From: Gammaproteobacteria bacterium
GTDB lineage: Bacteria > Pseudomonadota > Gammaproteobacteria > Eutrophobiales > Eutrophobiaceae
DNA length: 64,000 nucleotides
NCBI GenBank assembly: GCA_965215365.1
Contig: CBDCDS010000003.1
Span: 352,001 to 416,000 of the forward strand
Direction of reading: 5' to 3'
Shown here: piece after piece, positions 9,691 to 19,470 of the stretch
Layout: each line of letters starts with the position of its first letter
How positions within the stretch are numbered: the stretch's first letter is position 1
Notes under the pieces: model-generated
The model's input: only the letters and a program-made list of their open reading frames with translations
Databases searched by the model: none
What the model was told of the DNA's origin: nothing
Translations under genes and position numbers: made by a program

Positions 9691-10608
9691 TCAGAGGCTC
9701 TCGGCCGTAAGCGGACGAATGTAGGAGACCGACGCGGCCAGATCTTCGTTGAAATTGACGATTTCCCAGGCATCCCGGGATTGGGCCAGTTTACGCAACA
9801 AGCGGTTGTTCAGATCATGCCCGGATTTATATCCCTGATAAGAGCCGATCAGACTGTGGCCAAGCAGGTACAGGTCGCCTATCGCATCGAGTATCTTGTG
9901 CCTGACGCACTCATCCTGGTAGCGCAGCCCCTCTTCATTCACTACCTGTTCGTTGTCCACCACAATCGCGTTACTCAGACTGCCCCCCAGGATCAGGTTC
10001 TTTTTACGCAAAAAGTCGAAATCTTTCATAAAGCCAAACGTGCGCGCCCGGCAGACTTCCTTGATAAACGAAGTGGTGGAAAAATTGACCTCCGCCCGGC
10101 AGTCACGCTGCTGGAAAACGGGATGGTCGAACTGTATGGTGAAGCCGACCTTGAAGCCGTCGTAAGGTTCCAGCAGGGCCCACTTGTCGCCGTCCTCCAC
10201 CCGCAGTGCCCGGGTGATGCGCAGAAAACATTTCTCTTCGTCCTGCTCCTGCACCCCGGCAGACTGAATCATGAACACAAAAGGGCCGGCGCTGCCGTCC
10301 ATGATCGGCACTTCCTCAGCGCTCACGTCAATATAGGCATTATCAATGCTGAAACCGGCAAAGGCCGATAACAGGTGCTCCACTGTGGAAATACTGGCGC
10401 CATTCATCACCAGGGTGGTAGATAACCGGGTGTCGCCGACGTTGACCATACGCGCGGGAATCTCCGTCGGCGGATCCTGGTCAACACGGCGGAAGACTAT
10501 GCCCGTATTGGCTGCCGCGGGGCGTAGGGTAATATCGGCTTTTTTGCCGGTGTGCAAACCTACCCCTTGCGCCCTGATGGTATTTTTCAATGTGCGCTGT
10601 TTTATCAC
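9691..10608 (-). CDS. lpxC: UDP-3-O-acyl-N-acetylglucosamine deacetylase
   Basis: [44 protein letters not shown]. Confidence 0.98.
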   Translation of the reverse strand: MIKQRTLKNTIRAQGVGLHTGKKADITLRPAAANTGIVFRRVDQDPPTEIPARMVNVGDTRLSTTLVMNGASISTVEHLLSAFAGFSIDNAYIDVSAEEVPIMDGSAGPFVFMIQSAGVQEQDEEKCFLRITRALRVEDGDKWALLEPYDGFKVGFTIQFDHPVFQQRDCRAEVNFSTTSFIKEVCRARTFGFMKDFDFLRKKNLILGGSLSNAIVVDNEQVVNEEGLRYQDECVRHKILDAIGDLYLLGHSLIGSYQGYKSGHDLNNRLLRKLAQSRDAWEIVNFNEDLAASVSYIRPLTAESL

Positions 10609-10611
10609 CTG

Positions 10612-11751
10612 TCAATCGACCTGTCGTCGCAAAAATGCCGGAATCTCAAGATAATCAGGGTCATCCCTGACCGACACAACTTCGGGTGCGCTGACCTTGG
10701 TGCGCATGATTGCCGGGCGTTCCAGCGTGTCATAATCGACGATATCCTCGCCACCGGCCGTCGCCACCAGTTTTGGTTTGACCAGCTGCTCGCCGGGTTG
10801 CCCGAGTCCGGTCGCTACAATAGTGACCCATAATTCGTCACCAAGTTCCGGATTCACCACTGTTCCTATCACTACGGTGGCATCATCGGCGGAAACTCCC
10901 TTGATAATGTTGCCCACTTCATTGAACTCACCGATGCAAAAATCCATCCCGGCAGTGATGTTGGCCAGTATGCCTTTGGCGCCGGACAGGTCAATGTGTT
11001 CCAGCAGCGGGCTGCTGATAGCGGCCTCCGTCGCTACCCTGGCACGGTCTTCGCCCTGGGCTTTGCCGGAACCCATCATCGCCATACCCATTTCTCCCAT
11101 GACAGTCCTGACGTCGGCGAAGTCAACATTGATCAAGCCCTGACAGGTGATAACCTGTGCGATCCCCCGCACCGCGCCGAGCAGCACGTCATCTGCCGAT
11201 TCGAACGCATGCAGCAACGGCACGTCTGAACCCAGCACATCCACCAGCTTGTCATTCGGCACGGTGATCAGCGAATCCACGTACTGGCTGATTTCGCGGA
11301 TACCGGCAGCGGCGATTTCAGACCGTTTGCGACCTTCAAATGCGAATGGTTTGGTGACTATCGCAACCGTTAGAATGTGCATTTCCTTAGCGACCTGGGC
11401 TACCACCGGTGCCGCGCCGGTGCCGGTGCCGCCACCCATGCCGGCGGTAATAAACACCATGTCCGCGCCATCTAAGGCGTCTTCTATGCGATCGCGGTCA
11501 TCCAGCGCCGATTGGCGGCCGATTTCCGGGTTGGCGCCGGCACCGAGGCCATGCGTGATACTGTTGCCCAGCTGCAGAACGTTAGGCGCGGCCGAGCACT
11601 GCAGCGCCTGTGCATCGGTATTGGCGCAGATAAATTCAACGCCCTCAATCTCGGCTTTTATCATGTGGTTCACGGCATTGCCGCCACCACCGCCCACACC
11701 TATCACTTTTATGACTGCCGCCTGATTCGCGGCTTCGACCAGTTCAAACAT
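10612..11751 (-). CDS. ftsZ: Cell division protein FtsZ
   Basis: IKVIGVGGGGGNAV, tubulin signature GGGTGTG, C-terminal YLEIPAFLRRQ. Confidence 0.99.
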   Translation of the reverse strand: MFELVEAANQAAVIKVIGVGGGGGNAVNHMIKAEIEGVEFICANTDAQALQCSAAPNVLQLGNSITHGLGAGANPEIGRQSALDDRDRIEDALDGADMVFITAGMGGGTGTGAAPVVAQVAKEMHILTVAIVTKPFAFEGRKRSEIAAAGIREISQYVDSLITVPNDKLVDVLGSDVPLLHAFESADDVLLGAVRGIAQVITCQGLINVDFADVRTVMGEMGMAMMGSGKAQGEDRARVATEAAISSPLLEHIDLSGAKGILANITAGMDFCIGEFNEVGNIIKGVSADDATVVIGTVVNPELGDELWVTIVATGLGQPGEQLVKPKLVATAGGEDIVDYDTLERPAIMRTKVSAPEVVSVRDDPDYLEIPAFLRRQVD

Positions 11752-11791
11752 TTTACCCACCTCCATTAATGGTGAAATTACAGAAACCTCT

Positions 11792-11837
11792 AATTTTTAG
11801 AGGCGCTTTTATTAAGTAACGGGAACCTCTAAAAATT
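11792..11837. repeat. 12-bp perfect inverted repeat between ftsA and ftsZ
   Basis: AATTTTTAGAGG (11792-11803) and CCTCTAAAAATT (11826-11837); overlaps the ftsA stop codon. Confidence 0.75.
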
Positions 11838-13049
11838 ACCCTGAAACCAACTCTTCATTCGTTTCCAGACGCCGGCGACGCCACCCTCAACAGGTCCTGA
11901 GTAGCCACGGCGACGCTGCTGGCGCTGACTGTGCAGCAATAACCCTACTCCGGTTGCATAAATCGGATTCTTTATGAGTTCGGCCAAACCGCCGACGTAT
12001 TGCGGCGTTCCCACCCGCACCTGCATGTGAAAAACTTCTTCGGCCAGTTCCACTGCGCCCTGCATATTGGAGCTGCCGCCGGTGATGACAATCCCCGCCA
12101 CGATCGAGCGCTCATAGCCGCTGCGCCGCAATTCCGCCTGCACCAGGGAAAACAGCTCCACGTAGCGCGGCTCAACCACCTCGGCTAAGGTCTGCCTGGA
12201 CATGCGGCGCACGGGCCGGTTGCCGACGCTGGGCACTTCCACGGTATCGTCAGAATTAGCCAGTTGCGCCAGCGCGCAGGCGTAGCGCACCTTGATCTCC
12301 TCGGCATTCTGTGTCGGCGTGCGCAGGGCCACAGCTATATCGTTGGTCACGTGGTCGCCCGCTATCGGGATCACCGCGGTATGACTGATAGCACCATTGG
12401 TGAACACGGCCAGGTCCGTGGTGCCGCCGCCGATATCCACCAGACACACGCCCAGATCTTTTTCGTCCTCGGTCAGTACCGAATAGCTGGACGCCAGTTG
12501 TTCGAGCACAATATCGTCGGCTTCCAGGCCACAACGACGCACACATTTGATGATATTCTGGGCCGCGCTGACGGCGCCGGTGACGATGTGCACCTTTGCT
12601 TCTAGGCGCACGCCTGACATGCCAATGGGGTCCTTGATACCCCCCTGGCCGTCAATGGCGAAATCCCTGGGCAGGATATGCAGGATCTTCTGGTCGGCCG
12701 GGATGGCCACGGCGCGCGCGGCGTCAATCACTCGCTCTATGTCGCCCTCCATCACTTCATTGTCACGGATCGCAACGATGCCGTGGGAGTTGAGGCTGCG
12801 GATATGGTTACCGGCAATCCCGGTATAGACAGCATGGATGTTGCAGCCGGCCATCAGTTCCGCCTCCTGTATGGCACTGCGTATGGTCTGCATGGTCGCT
12901 TCGATGTTCACGACCACGCCTTTTTTTAACCCGCGCGAACGGCACGAGCCCAGGCCGATGATCTCGATCTCATTCTGCCCGTGCACCTCCGCAACAATCG
13001 CAACCACCTTGGAAGTGCCGATATCAAGCCCGACAATCAATTCAGTCAT
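11829..13049 (-). CDS. ftsA: Cell division protein FtsA
   Basis: IVGLDIGTSKV, GMSGVRLE, VDIGGGTTD, C-terminal WFQGNF. Start placed at the ATGA overlap with ftsQ. Confidence 0.97.
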   Translation of the reverse strand: MTELIVGLDIGTSKVVAIVAEVHGQNEIEIIGLGSCRSRGLKKGVVVNIEATMQTIRSAIQEAELMAGCNIHAVYTGIAGNHIRSLNSHGIVAIRDNEVMEGDIERVIDAARAVAIPADQKILHILPRDFAIDGQGGIKDPIGMSGVRLEAKVHIVTGAVSAAQNIIKCVRRCGLEADDIVLEQLASSYSVLTEDEKDLGVCLVDIGGGTTDLAVFTNGAISHTAVIPIAGDHVTNDIAVALRTPTQNAEEIKVRYACALAQLANSDDTVEVPSVGNRPVRRMSRQTLAEVVEPRYVELFSLVQAELRRSGYERSIVAGIVITGGSSNMQGAVELAEEVFHMQVRVGTPQYVGGLAELIKNPIYATGVGLLLHSQRQQRRRGYSGPVEGGVAGVWKRMKSWFQGNF

Positions 13050-13837
13050 GTCTTTCCCCCTGCCGGAATAGTGCGCTCGGACTCGCCCGCCCACCTGACC
13101 GCGAACCCGTTCGTATATCTCATGTCGATGGATGCTGCCTGTGACAACCTGTCAGCCTGGTATGGAATTGCAAAATCAAAAAATCGCTGCAACCTGCCTT
13201 CCAGATCCTTGCGACCCAACAGCACCAGCGGCCCGTTGACCAGACTGAATTGCCAGGCCCGACGTTCGGTCAATGTCAACGCCTCCGGCTCCAGGTTCAG
13301 TGGCGCCAGTTGCTGTTGCAACAGCAGGTATTTTTGCAGTACTGCGCGGGCACTGCCTTGAGGGCCGCGCAGGGCCGGCAATGCGGCAGGAAAGGAATCC
13401 TGTAGCGGTGCAAATATCACCGCTTCGCTGCTCAGCAGACTGTTGTCGCCCCACAAGGCAACCGGTTCGTGCTCAGTGATATAGATCATCAGGCGGTCCG
13501 GCCACACCCGTCGTACCGCGACCTTGCTGATCCATTCCTCCTGCACCAACTCCCGCTTGATCGCGGCGACACTGACGCTGATAAAGCCGCCGCTGATAAT
13601 ATCTGTCGCTCTTGTTTCCAGTTCGGAGGGAGACAGGTGCATGAACTCCCCGGCAATCTCCACCTGTGTGATGGGCAGAATTTTCGGCCAGACATCCCTT
13701 AGCGGTACGATGCAGGCGCCCAGCGCCACCAGCGCCACCACGTACTTCTGCCATGGCGTCATGCTAACCCGCCAGATACGTAAACTGAAGGTACGTAAAT
13801 TACTGCGAATTACCGGACGGGCTGGTTTCATCATCAC
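13046..13837 (-). CDS. ftsQ: Cell division protein FtsQ
   Basis: TM plus POTRA (WISKVAVRRVWPD), C-terminal IDMRYTNGFAVRW; dcw position. Confidence 0.93.
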   Translation of the reverse strand: MMMKPARPVIRSNLRTFSLRIWRVSMTPWQKYVVALVALGACIVPLRDVWPKILPITQVEIAGEFMHLSPSELETRATDIISGGFISVSVAAIKRELVQEEWISKVAVRRVWPDRLMIYITEHEPVALWGDNSLLSSEAVIFAPLQDSFPAALPALRGPQGSARAVLQKYLLLQQQLAPLNLEPEALTLTERRAWQFSLVNGPLVLLGRKDLEGRLQRFFDFAIPYQADRLSQAASIDMRYTNGFAVRWAGESERTIPAGGKT

Positions 13838-14778
13838 TCCCGGCCACGCGTCTGCGGTGCCATGCTTGTCTCCAGCACTTGTATGACCAGCTCATCGAAA
13901 TCCGTTCCCAGCTGGCGCGCGGCCATAGGCACCAGGCTGTGACCCGTCATCCCAGGCACGGTGTTGATGTCGATCAGGCTGGGCTGGTCGTTTTCGTCCA
14001 GCAACAAATCAACCCGGCCCCAACCGCTGGCGCCGATCGCAGCAAAGGCCCGCAGCGCCAACCCGGCCAGTTCCGCTTCCAGCGCCGGTGCTAACCCGCT
14101 GGGACAGAGATAGCGCGTATCGGCATCCACATACTTGGCCTGGTAGTCATAAAATTCCCGCGGCGTTTCGATCCTGATGGCGGGCAATGCCTGCCCGTGC
14201 AGGATACCCACGGTATAATCACCGCCGGGCAGCCAGCGCTCGCAAATCACCTCGTGATCGTAGCGGCTGGCAGCCTCCCAGGCCGCCTGCAGAGCGGCCG
14301 CGCTGGTCACCTTGGTGGCGCCCAGACTGGAGCCCTCATGCACCGGTTTCATCATGAACGGAAACCCCAGCGCCTGCGCCGCCGCGGGCAAGTCTTGAGC
14401 GCCGCGCAGCAGCGTGAATTGCGGAGTCGGCAGGTCCAGCCGTTGCCAGATCCACTTGCATCTCAGCTTGTCCATGGACAGCGCCGAACCGAGCACGCCA
14501 CTGCCCGTACCGGGCAGGTTCAGTGCCTGCAGGGCGCCCTGGATCACACCGTCTTCGCCGCCGCGTCCGTGCAGCGCGTTGAACACGCGCTTAAAGCCGC
14601 CCGCAATCAGGTCGCTCACCACGTTCTCATCGGCGTCGAGCGGCCACGCGTCCACACCTTGCCGGCGCAGGGCTGCCAGGATCGCCGCGCCGCTCTGCAG
14701 GGATATTTCCCGTTCGGCCGAGTTGCCGCCCATGAGCACCGCAACTTTGCCATAGCAGCTCTGTTGTTGACCGGTCAC
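13834..14778 (-). CDS. ddl: D-alanine--D-alanine ligase
   Basis: GGNSAEREISL, ALHGRGGEDG, MDK, EGSS, FYDYQAKY, NTVPGMT. Confidence 0.97.
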   Translation of the reverse strand: MTGQQQSCYGKVAVLMGGNSAEREISLQSGAAILAALRRQGVDAWPLDADENVVSDLIAGGFKRVFNALHGRGGEDGVIQGALQALNLPGTGSGVLGSALSMDKLRCKWIWQRLDLPTPQFTLLRGAQDLPAAAQALGFPFMMKPVHEGSSLGATKVTSAAALQAAWEAASRYDHEVICERWLPGGDYTVGILHGQALPAIRIETPREFYDYQAKYVDADTRYLCPSGLAPALEAELAGLALRAFAAIGASGWGRVDLLLDENDQPSLIDINTVPGMTGHSLVPMAARQLGTDFDELVIQVLETSMAPQTRGRE

Positions 14779-15737
14779 GGGTGGCAGTCCGTTTGTTTGC
14801 GCCCGGCCTCGGCTCCCTCGCGCAAGGGGAGCGGGACGCGGCGGGTCGGGTTTGTTGCCTTGTGGGGTTCAGTCTCACCGATGATTCTTACCTCCGGGTC
14901 CAGTCGGATACCCGTCAGCTGCGCAACGGTTGCCTGTACGTGCCGGAGCAGTGCCTCAATATCCGCGGCGCGCGCAGCCCCGGTGTTGATGATGAAATTT
15001 GCATGTTTGTCTGACACCACCGCGGCGCCGATGGCACAGCCCTTGAGCCCGCATTGTTCGATCAGGCGACCGGCGAAATCACCTTCAGGGTTCTTGAACA
15101 CGGAGCCGCAACTGAAGCGGCCGGTGGGCTGGGTGGCGGCGCGCCGGGCCAGCAACTCACTGATCCGGATTTGCGCCATCCCGTCCGGGTCCGGCTGCAA
15201 CCGCAGCTGTGCGGACAGGAACCATTCATCGTCAGCCAGTTCAATCCGACGGTAGTCGGTATTGAAGTGTGTGCGCCGGCGTTCGGTGCGTATGCCGGCG
15301 CGATTGACCAGTTCCACCTGTTCGACGATATTCCAGGTTTCAGCACCGAACGCACCCGCGTTCATGGCCAGCGCGCCGCCCACCGAACCCGGTATGCCGG
15401 CCAGAAATTCGGCACCGGCAAGCCCGGACTTGGCACTGAAGCGCGCGACTTTTGCACAAGCCGCACCGCTGTTTGCGCGCAGCGCATTGCCCGCCAGCAA
15501 TTCCAGCCGGTTGTTCATGCCCGCGGTCGAAATGACGGTGCCCCTGATACCACCGTCCCGCACCAGTACATTGCTGCCCAGACCGATCCAGGTAACCGGC
15601 TCGGCAGCCGGCAACGCGGCCAGGAACGCGGCCAGCTCAGTGTCATCGGCGGGGACAAAAAACCGGTCCGCCGGGCCACCGACTTTCCAGGAAGTATGGC
15701 GCGCCATGGGTTCGTCAAGTTTAACCCGCATAGTCAC
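14775..15737 (-). CDS. murB: UDP-N-acetylmuramate dehydrogenase
   Basis: HTSWKVGGPA, GLGSNVL, GIPGSVGGALAMNAGA, SCGSVFKNP, SDKHANF. Confidence 0.97.
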   Translation of the reverse strand: MTMRVKLDEPMARHTSWKVGGPADRFFVPADDTELAAFLAALPAAEPVTWIGLGSNVLVRDGGIRGTVISTAGMNNRLELLAGNALRANSGAACAKVARFSAKSGLAGAEFLAGIPGSVGGALAMNAGAFGAETWNIVEQVELVNRAGIRTERRRTHFNTDYRRIELADDEWFLSAQLRLQPDPDGMAQIRISELLARRAATQPTGRFSCGSVFKNPEGDFAGRLIEQCGLKGCAIGAAVVSDKHANFIINTGAARAADIEALLRHVQATVAQLTGIRLDPEVRIIGETEPHKATNPTRRVPLPLREGAEAGRKQTDCHP

Positions 15738-17176
15738 TGACCGTTGCCCCCCGGCGCTGCCGTTTGCCGCTGATACAACTCCAGCAAGCGCCCGCCCAGC
15801 GCGCCGATAGCGCCGGCGCCCAGCAGCAGCAGCACATCGTTGTCGGCAGTGATGTTTTCCAGCACCTTCAACAGTTCCTTTTCCTTGCTGACGAGAATCG
15901 GCTCGAGCTTGCCGCGCACTCGCAACGCGCGGCCTAAGGAGCGGCTGTCAGCGCCCCGGATGGGCTGCTCGCCGGCCGGATAAACGTCCAGCAGGATTAA
16001 GGCATCCAGCGTTGACAAGACCTGGCAGAACTCGTCGAACAGGTCGCGGGTGCGGGTGTAACGGTGTGGCTCGAACACCACCACCACCCGGCGTCCGGGC
16101 CAACCCAGGCGCACCGTACTGACGATGGCGTTGATGGCGCTGGGGTGGTGGGCATAGTCATCCAGCAGCAATACATTCTTGCCGTTGATCTCAATATCAC
16201 CCAAAATTGAGCTTCTGCGGGCGATGCCCTGAAAGTTTTCCAGGCCGGCGCGGATGGCCTGTGGCGACACGCCCAGTTCGGTTGCCAGCGCGATCGCCGC
16301 CAGCGCATTTAAGACATTATGGCGGCCCGGCAGATTCAGCGTCACCGGAAACGTGTCGGCAGCGGCGCGTTGCACCACCTTAAAACGGGTGCGCGGCCCG
16401 TCGTAGTCAATGGCTTGCGCCCGGTAGTCAGCGTTGGAATCTATGCCGTAAGTCACATACGGTCGGTTGATGCGGGCGCTGATTGCGCGGATGCCGGCAT
16501 CATCGCCGCAAATGACGACCAGACCGTAAAACGGCAGGCAATGCAGGAAGTCGATGAAATTGTTTTGCAGGGCCTGATAACTGCCGCCGCAATATTCCAG
16601 GTGATCGGCGTCGATATTGGTCAGCGCCGCATACACCGGCGAGAGATGCAAAAAGGACGCGTCGCTCTCATCGGCTTCGGCCACGATGTACTTCCCCTTG
16701 CCCAGGCGGGCATGGGAACCGCTCATGTTCAGGCGTCCGCCAATAATGTAAGTCGGGTCGAACAGGCCCTCTGCCAGCAGGCTGGCGATCAAGCTGGTGG
16801 TGGTCGTCTTGCCGTGCGTGCCGGCCACCGCAATACCTTCCCGGAAGCGCATCAGTTCCGATAACATTTCTGCGCGCGGAATAATCGGAATACGTTGTCG
16901 GCGCGCGGCCACCAGTTCCGGGTTATCGGCCGGCACGGCACTGGAATAAACCACCACGTCACTGCCGTTCACGCGTTGTTCCCGGTGGGCATAATCGATC
17001 TTGATGCCCAGCTTTTCCAACCTGTCGGTGCTGCTGCCACGCGTTAAGTCGGTGCCCGTCACCGCATAACCCTGGTTGTGCAATACCTCGGCAATGCCGC
17101 TCATGCCAGCACCGCCGATGCCGACAAAATGCACCTGCCTGACGCGCCTCATGTGATGACCTTCAGGCATGAGCAT
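15734..17176 (-). CDS. murC: UDP-N-acetylmuramate--L-alanine ligase
   Basis: HFVGIGGAGMSGIA, AGTHGKTTT, EADESD, DDYAHHP. Confidence 0.97.
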   Translation of the reverse strand: MLMPEGHHMRRVRQVHFVGIGGAGMSGIAEVLHNQGYAVTGTDLTRGSSTDRLEKLGIKIDYAHREQRVNGSDVVVYSSAVPADNPELVAARRQRIPIIPRAEMLSELMRFREGIAVAGTHGKTTTTSLIASLLAEGLFDPTYIIGGRLNMSGSHARLGKGKYIVAEADESDASFLHLSPVYAALTNIDADHLEYCGGSYQALQNNFIDFLHCLPFYGLVVICGDDAGIRAISARINRPYVTYGIDSNADYRAQAIDYDGPRTRFKVVQRAAADTFPVTLNLPGRHNVLNALAAIALATELGVSPQAIRAGLENFQGIARRSSILGDIEINGKNVLLLDDYAHHPSAINAIVSTVRLGWPGRRVVVVFEPHRYTRTRDLFDEFCQVLSTLDALILLDVYPAGEQPIRGADSRSLGRALRVRGKLEPILVSKEKELLKVLENITADNDVLLLLGAGAIGALGGRLLELYQRQTAAPGGNGQ

Positions 17177-18296
17177 ACTCCAGGCACAAGGCGCCTACCG
17201 CTTGCGCGGCTGCGGGGAAGGCGCACTGACGGGCTTGCTGCGCCATCCCGGCCAGGCAGTTGCTGGCGCCGCATAACTGCCACAGCAGTTCTGCCAGCGC
17301 AGTTTCGGTCAATTCGCTTTCCGGGAGCATCACCGCGGCGCCGGCGTCGCACAGATAACCGGCATTGGCGCGCTGGTGGTCGTCTATGGCATGGGGAAGC
17401 GGCACCAGTATTGACGGGAGTCCGGCTGCGCACAGTTCGGCGATGGTCAGCGCGCCGGCCCTGCATACGGCAATATCCGCCCAGCGGTAAGCGGCTGCCA
17501 TATCAGTGATAAACGGGTCGATCCGGGGCTGCTGCAGTTGCAAACCGGCATAAACGCGCTGCGTCTCGGCAACATGCCGCGCGCCACACTGGTGCCAGAC
17601 ATTGACCTTAAGCCGGTCTTGCAGCCGGTTCATCCCGCGCGGCGCCAGCCGGTTCAGTTGACGTGCGCCCTGGCTGCCGCCCAGCACCAGCACGTTCAGC
17701 CGCGCCGGCGCGCCGCCAGGACCCGGGGTGATGTTACTCTGCTCCTTAGCTGCCGCCCCGCCGGCGCGCGCAGCCGGCAAGTCAACTATGGTGCGGCGCA
17801 CCGGGTTCCCTGTGGTAATCACCTTGGCGCTAGCCCTGAAAGTGCCCGGAAAACCCTGCATGATCTTAACTGCAAACCGCGACAGGATCCTGTTGGTGGT
17901 GCCGGCAACCCGGTTCTGTTCGTGGATCAGCAACGGCACCCGCAACAACCAGGCGGCAATGGCACCGGGCCCGCTGGCAAAACCGCCCATGCCCAGCGCC
18001 AGCACCGGGCGTCGTTGCCGGCAGATACGCAAGGCCTGTGCGAGCGCGCCGAGTATTGTCAACGGTGCCAGCAACTTGCGTCGCCAGCCCTTGCCGCGGA
18101 CGCCGCTCACCGGCACGGTCAGCAGTTCTATGCCGTGCGCCGGCACGACCCGGTTTTCAATACCACGCGGGGCGCCCAGCCAGAACAGCGGGACGCCCTG
18201 CTCGCGCAGGTAATCAGCCACCGCCAGCGCCGGGTAAACATGGCCGCCGGTGCCACCCGCCATGATCATGATTGCCTTACTCGGGGCCAAGGTCAT
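17163..18296 (-). CDS. murG: Lipid II GlcNAc transferase
   Basis: GGTGGHVYP, HEQN, TGNPVR, GGSQGA, RAGALT, DDHQRANA. Confidence 0.97.
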   Translation of the reverse strand: MTLAPSKAIMIMAGGTGGHVYPALAVADYLREQGVPLFWLGAPRGIENRVVPAHGIELLTVPVSGVRGKGWRRKLLAPLTILGALAQALRICRQRRPVLALGMGGFASGPGAIAAWLLRVPLLIHEQNRVAGTTNRILSRFAVKIMQGFPGTFRASAKVITTGNPVRRTIVDLPAARAGGAAAKEQSNITPGPGGAPARLNVLVLGGSQGARQLNRLAPRGMNRLQDRLKVNVWHQCGARHVAETQRVYAGLQLQQPRIDPFITDMAAAYRWADIAVCRAGALTIAELCAAGLPSILVPLPHAIDDHQRANAGYLCDAGAAVMLPESELTETALAELLWQLCGASNCLAGMAQQARQCAFPAAAQAVGALCLEYAHA

Positions 18297-19470
18297 CTCC
18301 CCCCTTGTTTATCCTGAGGCCACGCGGATAACGGTTTTCCAAATCGATGCGCAGCAGGATCGCCACCAGCATACAGCTCACGACGATGCTGTTGGCGCCA
18401 TAACTGAACAGCGGCAGGGTCAGCCCCTTGGTGGGTAGCAGGCCGACGTTGACGCCCATGTGAATGAATGCCTGGATGCCGATCAACAGGCCAATGCCAT
18501 ACGCCATGTAGGCGGCAAAGTAGTTGCGCAACTGGTGCGCATAAGCGGCGATGGTAAAGGCTCTCCAGATAAAGAACAGAAATGCCGACGCGAGCAACAG
18601 GGAAAACAGCAAACCCAGTTCTTCGGCGGCAATGGCAAAAATAAAATCGGTGTGCGCCTGGGTCAGGTAAAACAGTTTTTGCACACTACTGCCCAGGCCA
18701 ACGCCGAACCATTCACCGCGGCCAAATGCGATCAACGACTGGATAAGCTGGTAGCCCGAATTGAACGGATCCTGCCAGGGGTCGATAAACGCCTTGAGCC
18801 GGGCCAGACGGTAAGAAGGAATGACTGCCAATGCCACCAGCACCGCCACCATCACCGGCAGCCACAGAAAAAAGCGGCCGACCGGGATGCCGGCCAGGAA
18901 TAACACGCCCACCGTGGTCAGGAAAATAACCACCACGGTGCCGTAATCCGGTTCCAGCAGCAGCAGGCCCGAGAGCAGCGTCATCACTGCCAGCGGCGGC
19001 ATGAACATGCGGAAACTCAGCCGCCGGGTTTCCGCCAACGGCGCCAGATAGGCCGCGACATAACTGATGATACAAAGCTTTGCCAGTTCCGAAGCCTGAA
19101 AATTGATCGGGCCCAGTTTAATCCAGCGCACACTGCCGTTGACCTCGCGACCAACGCCGGGCACCAGCACCAACGTCAGCAGCGCCATGGCCAGCAACAG
19201 CAACGGCAGGCCCAGTTTCTGCCACAACGCGACCGGGACTCTAACGATCACAAAGGCCAGCCCCAGACCCAGCATCGCGGCGACAGCCTGACGCTGGAAA
19301 TAGTACAGGGGATTATCATGCAGCCGGTCGCCCAGGGCAATCGACGAGGAGGCTACCATCACCAGCCCGCCTACCAGCAGGAACATGAGCGCCAGCACCA
19401 GCCAGTGGTCATAATCATGCCAGCCGGCGGTTCCCGCCTGGCGGCTGCTGACTGCTTGCAGTTGCTGCAT
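18277..19470 (-). CDS. ftsW: SEDS peptidoglycan glycosyltransferase FtsW
   Basis: VNGSVRWI, FQASELAK, EPDYG, GYQLIQS, AHTDFIF, LPTKGLTLP. Start placed at the TAATG overlap with murD. Confidence 0.96.
   Translation of the reverse strand: MQQLQAVSSRQAGTAGWHDYDHWLVLALMFLLVGGLVMVASSSIALGDRLHDNPLYYFQRQAVAAMLGLGLAFVIVRVPVALWQKLGLPLLLLAMALLTLVLVPGVGREVNGSVRWIKLGPINFQASELAKLCIISYVAAYLAPLAETRRLSFRMFMPPLAVMTLLSGLLLLEPDYGTVVVIFLTTVGVLFLAGIPVGRFFLWLPVMVAVLVALAVIPSYRLARLKAFIDPWQDPFNSGYQLIQSLIAFGRGEWFGVGLGSSVQKLFYLTQAHTDFIFAIAAEELGLLFSLLLASAFLFFIWRAFTIAAYAHQLRNYFAAYMAYGIGLLIGIQAFIHMGVNVGLLPTKGLTLPLFSYGANSIVVSCMLVAILLRIDLENRYPRGLRINKGGDDLGPE

Noticed and set aside
15721-15732. TTAACCCGCATA match to the dispersed 23-bp motif
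   Set aside because: Only 12 bp and explained by murB codons (MRVK); probably chance.
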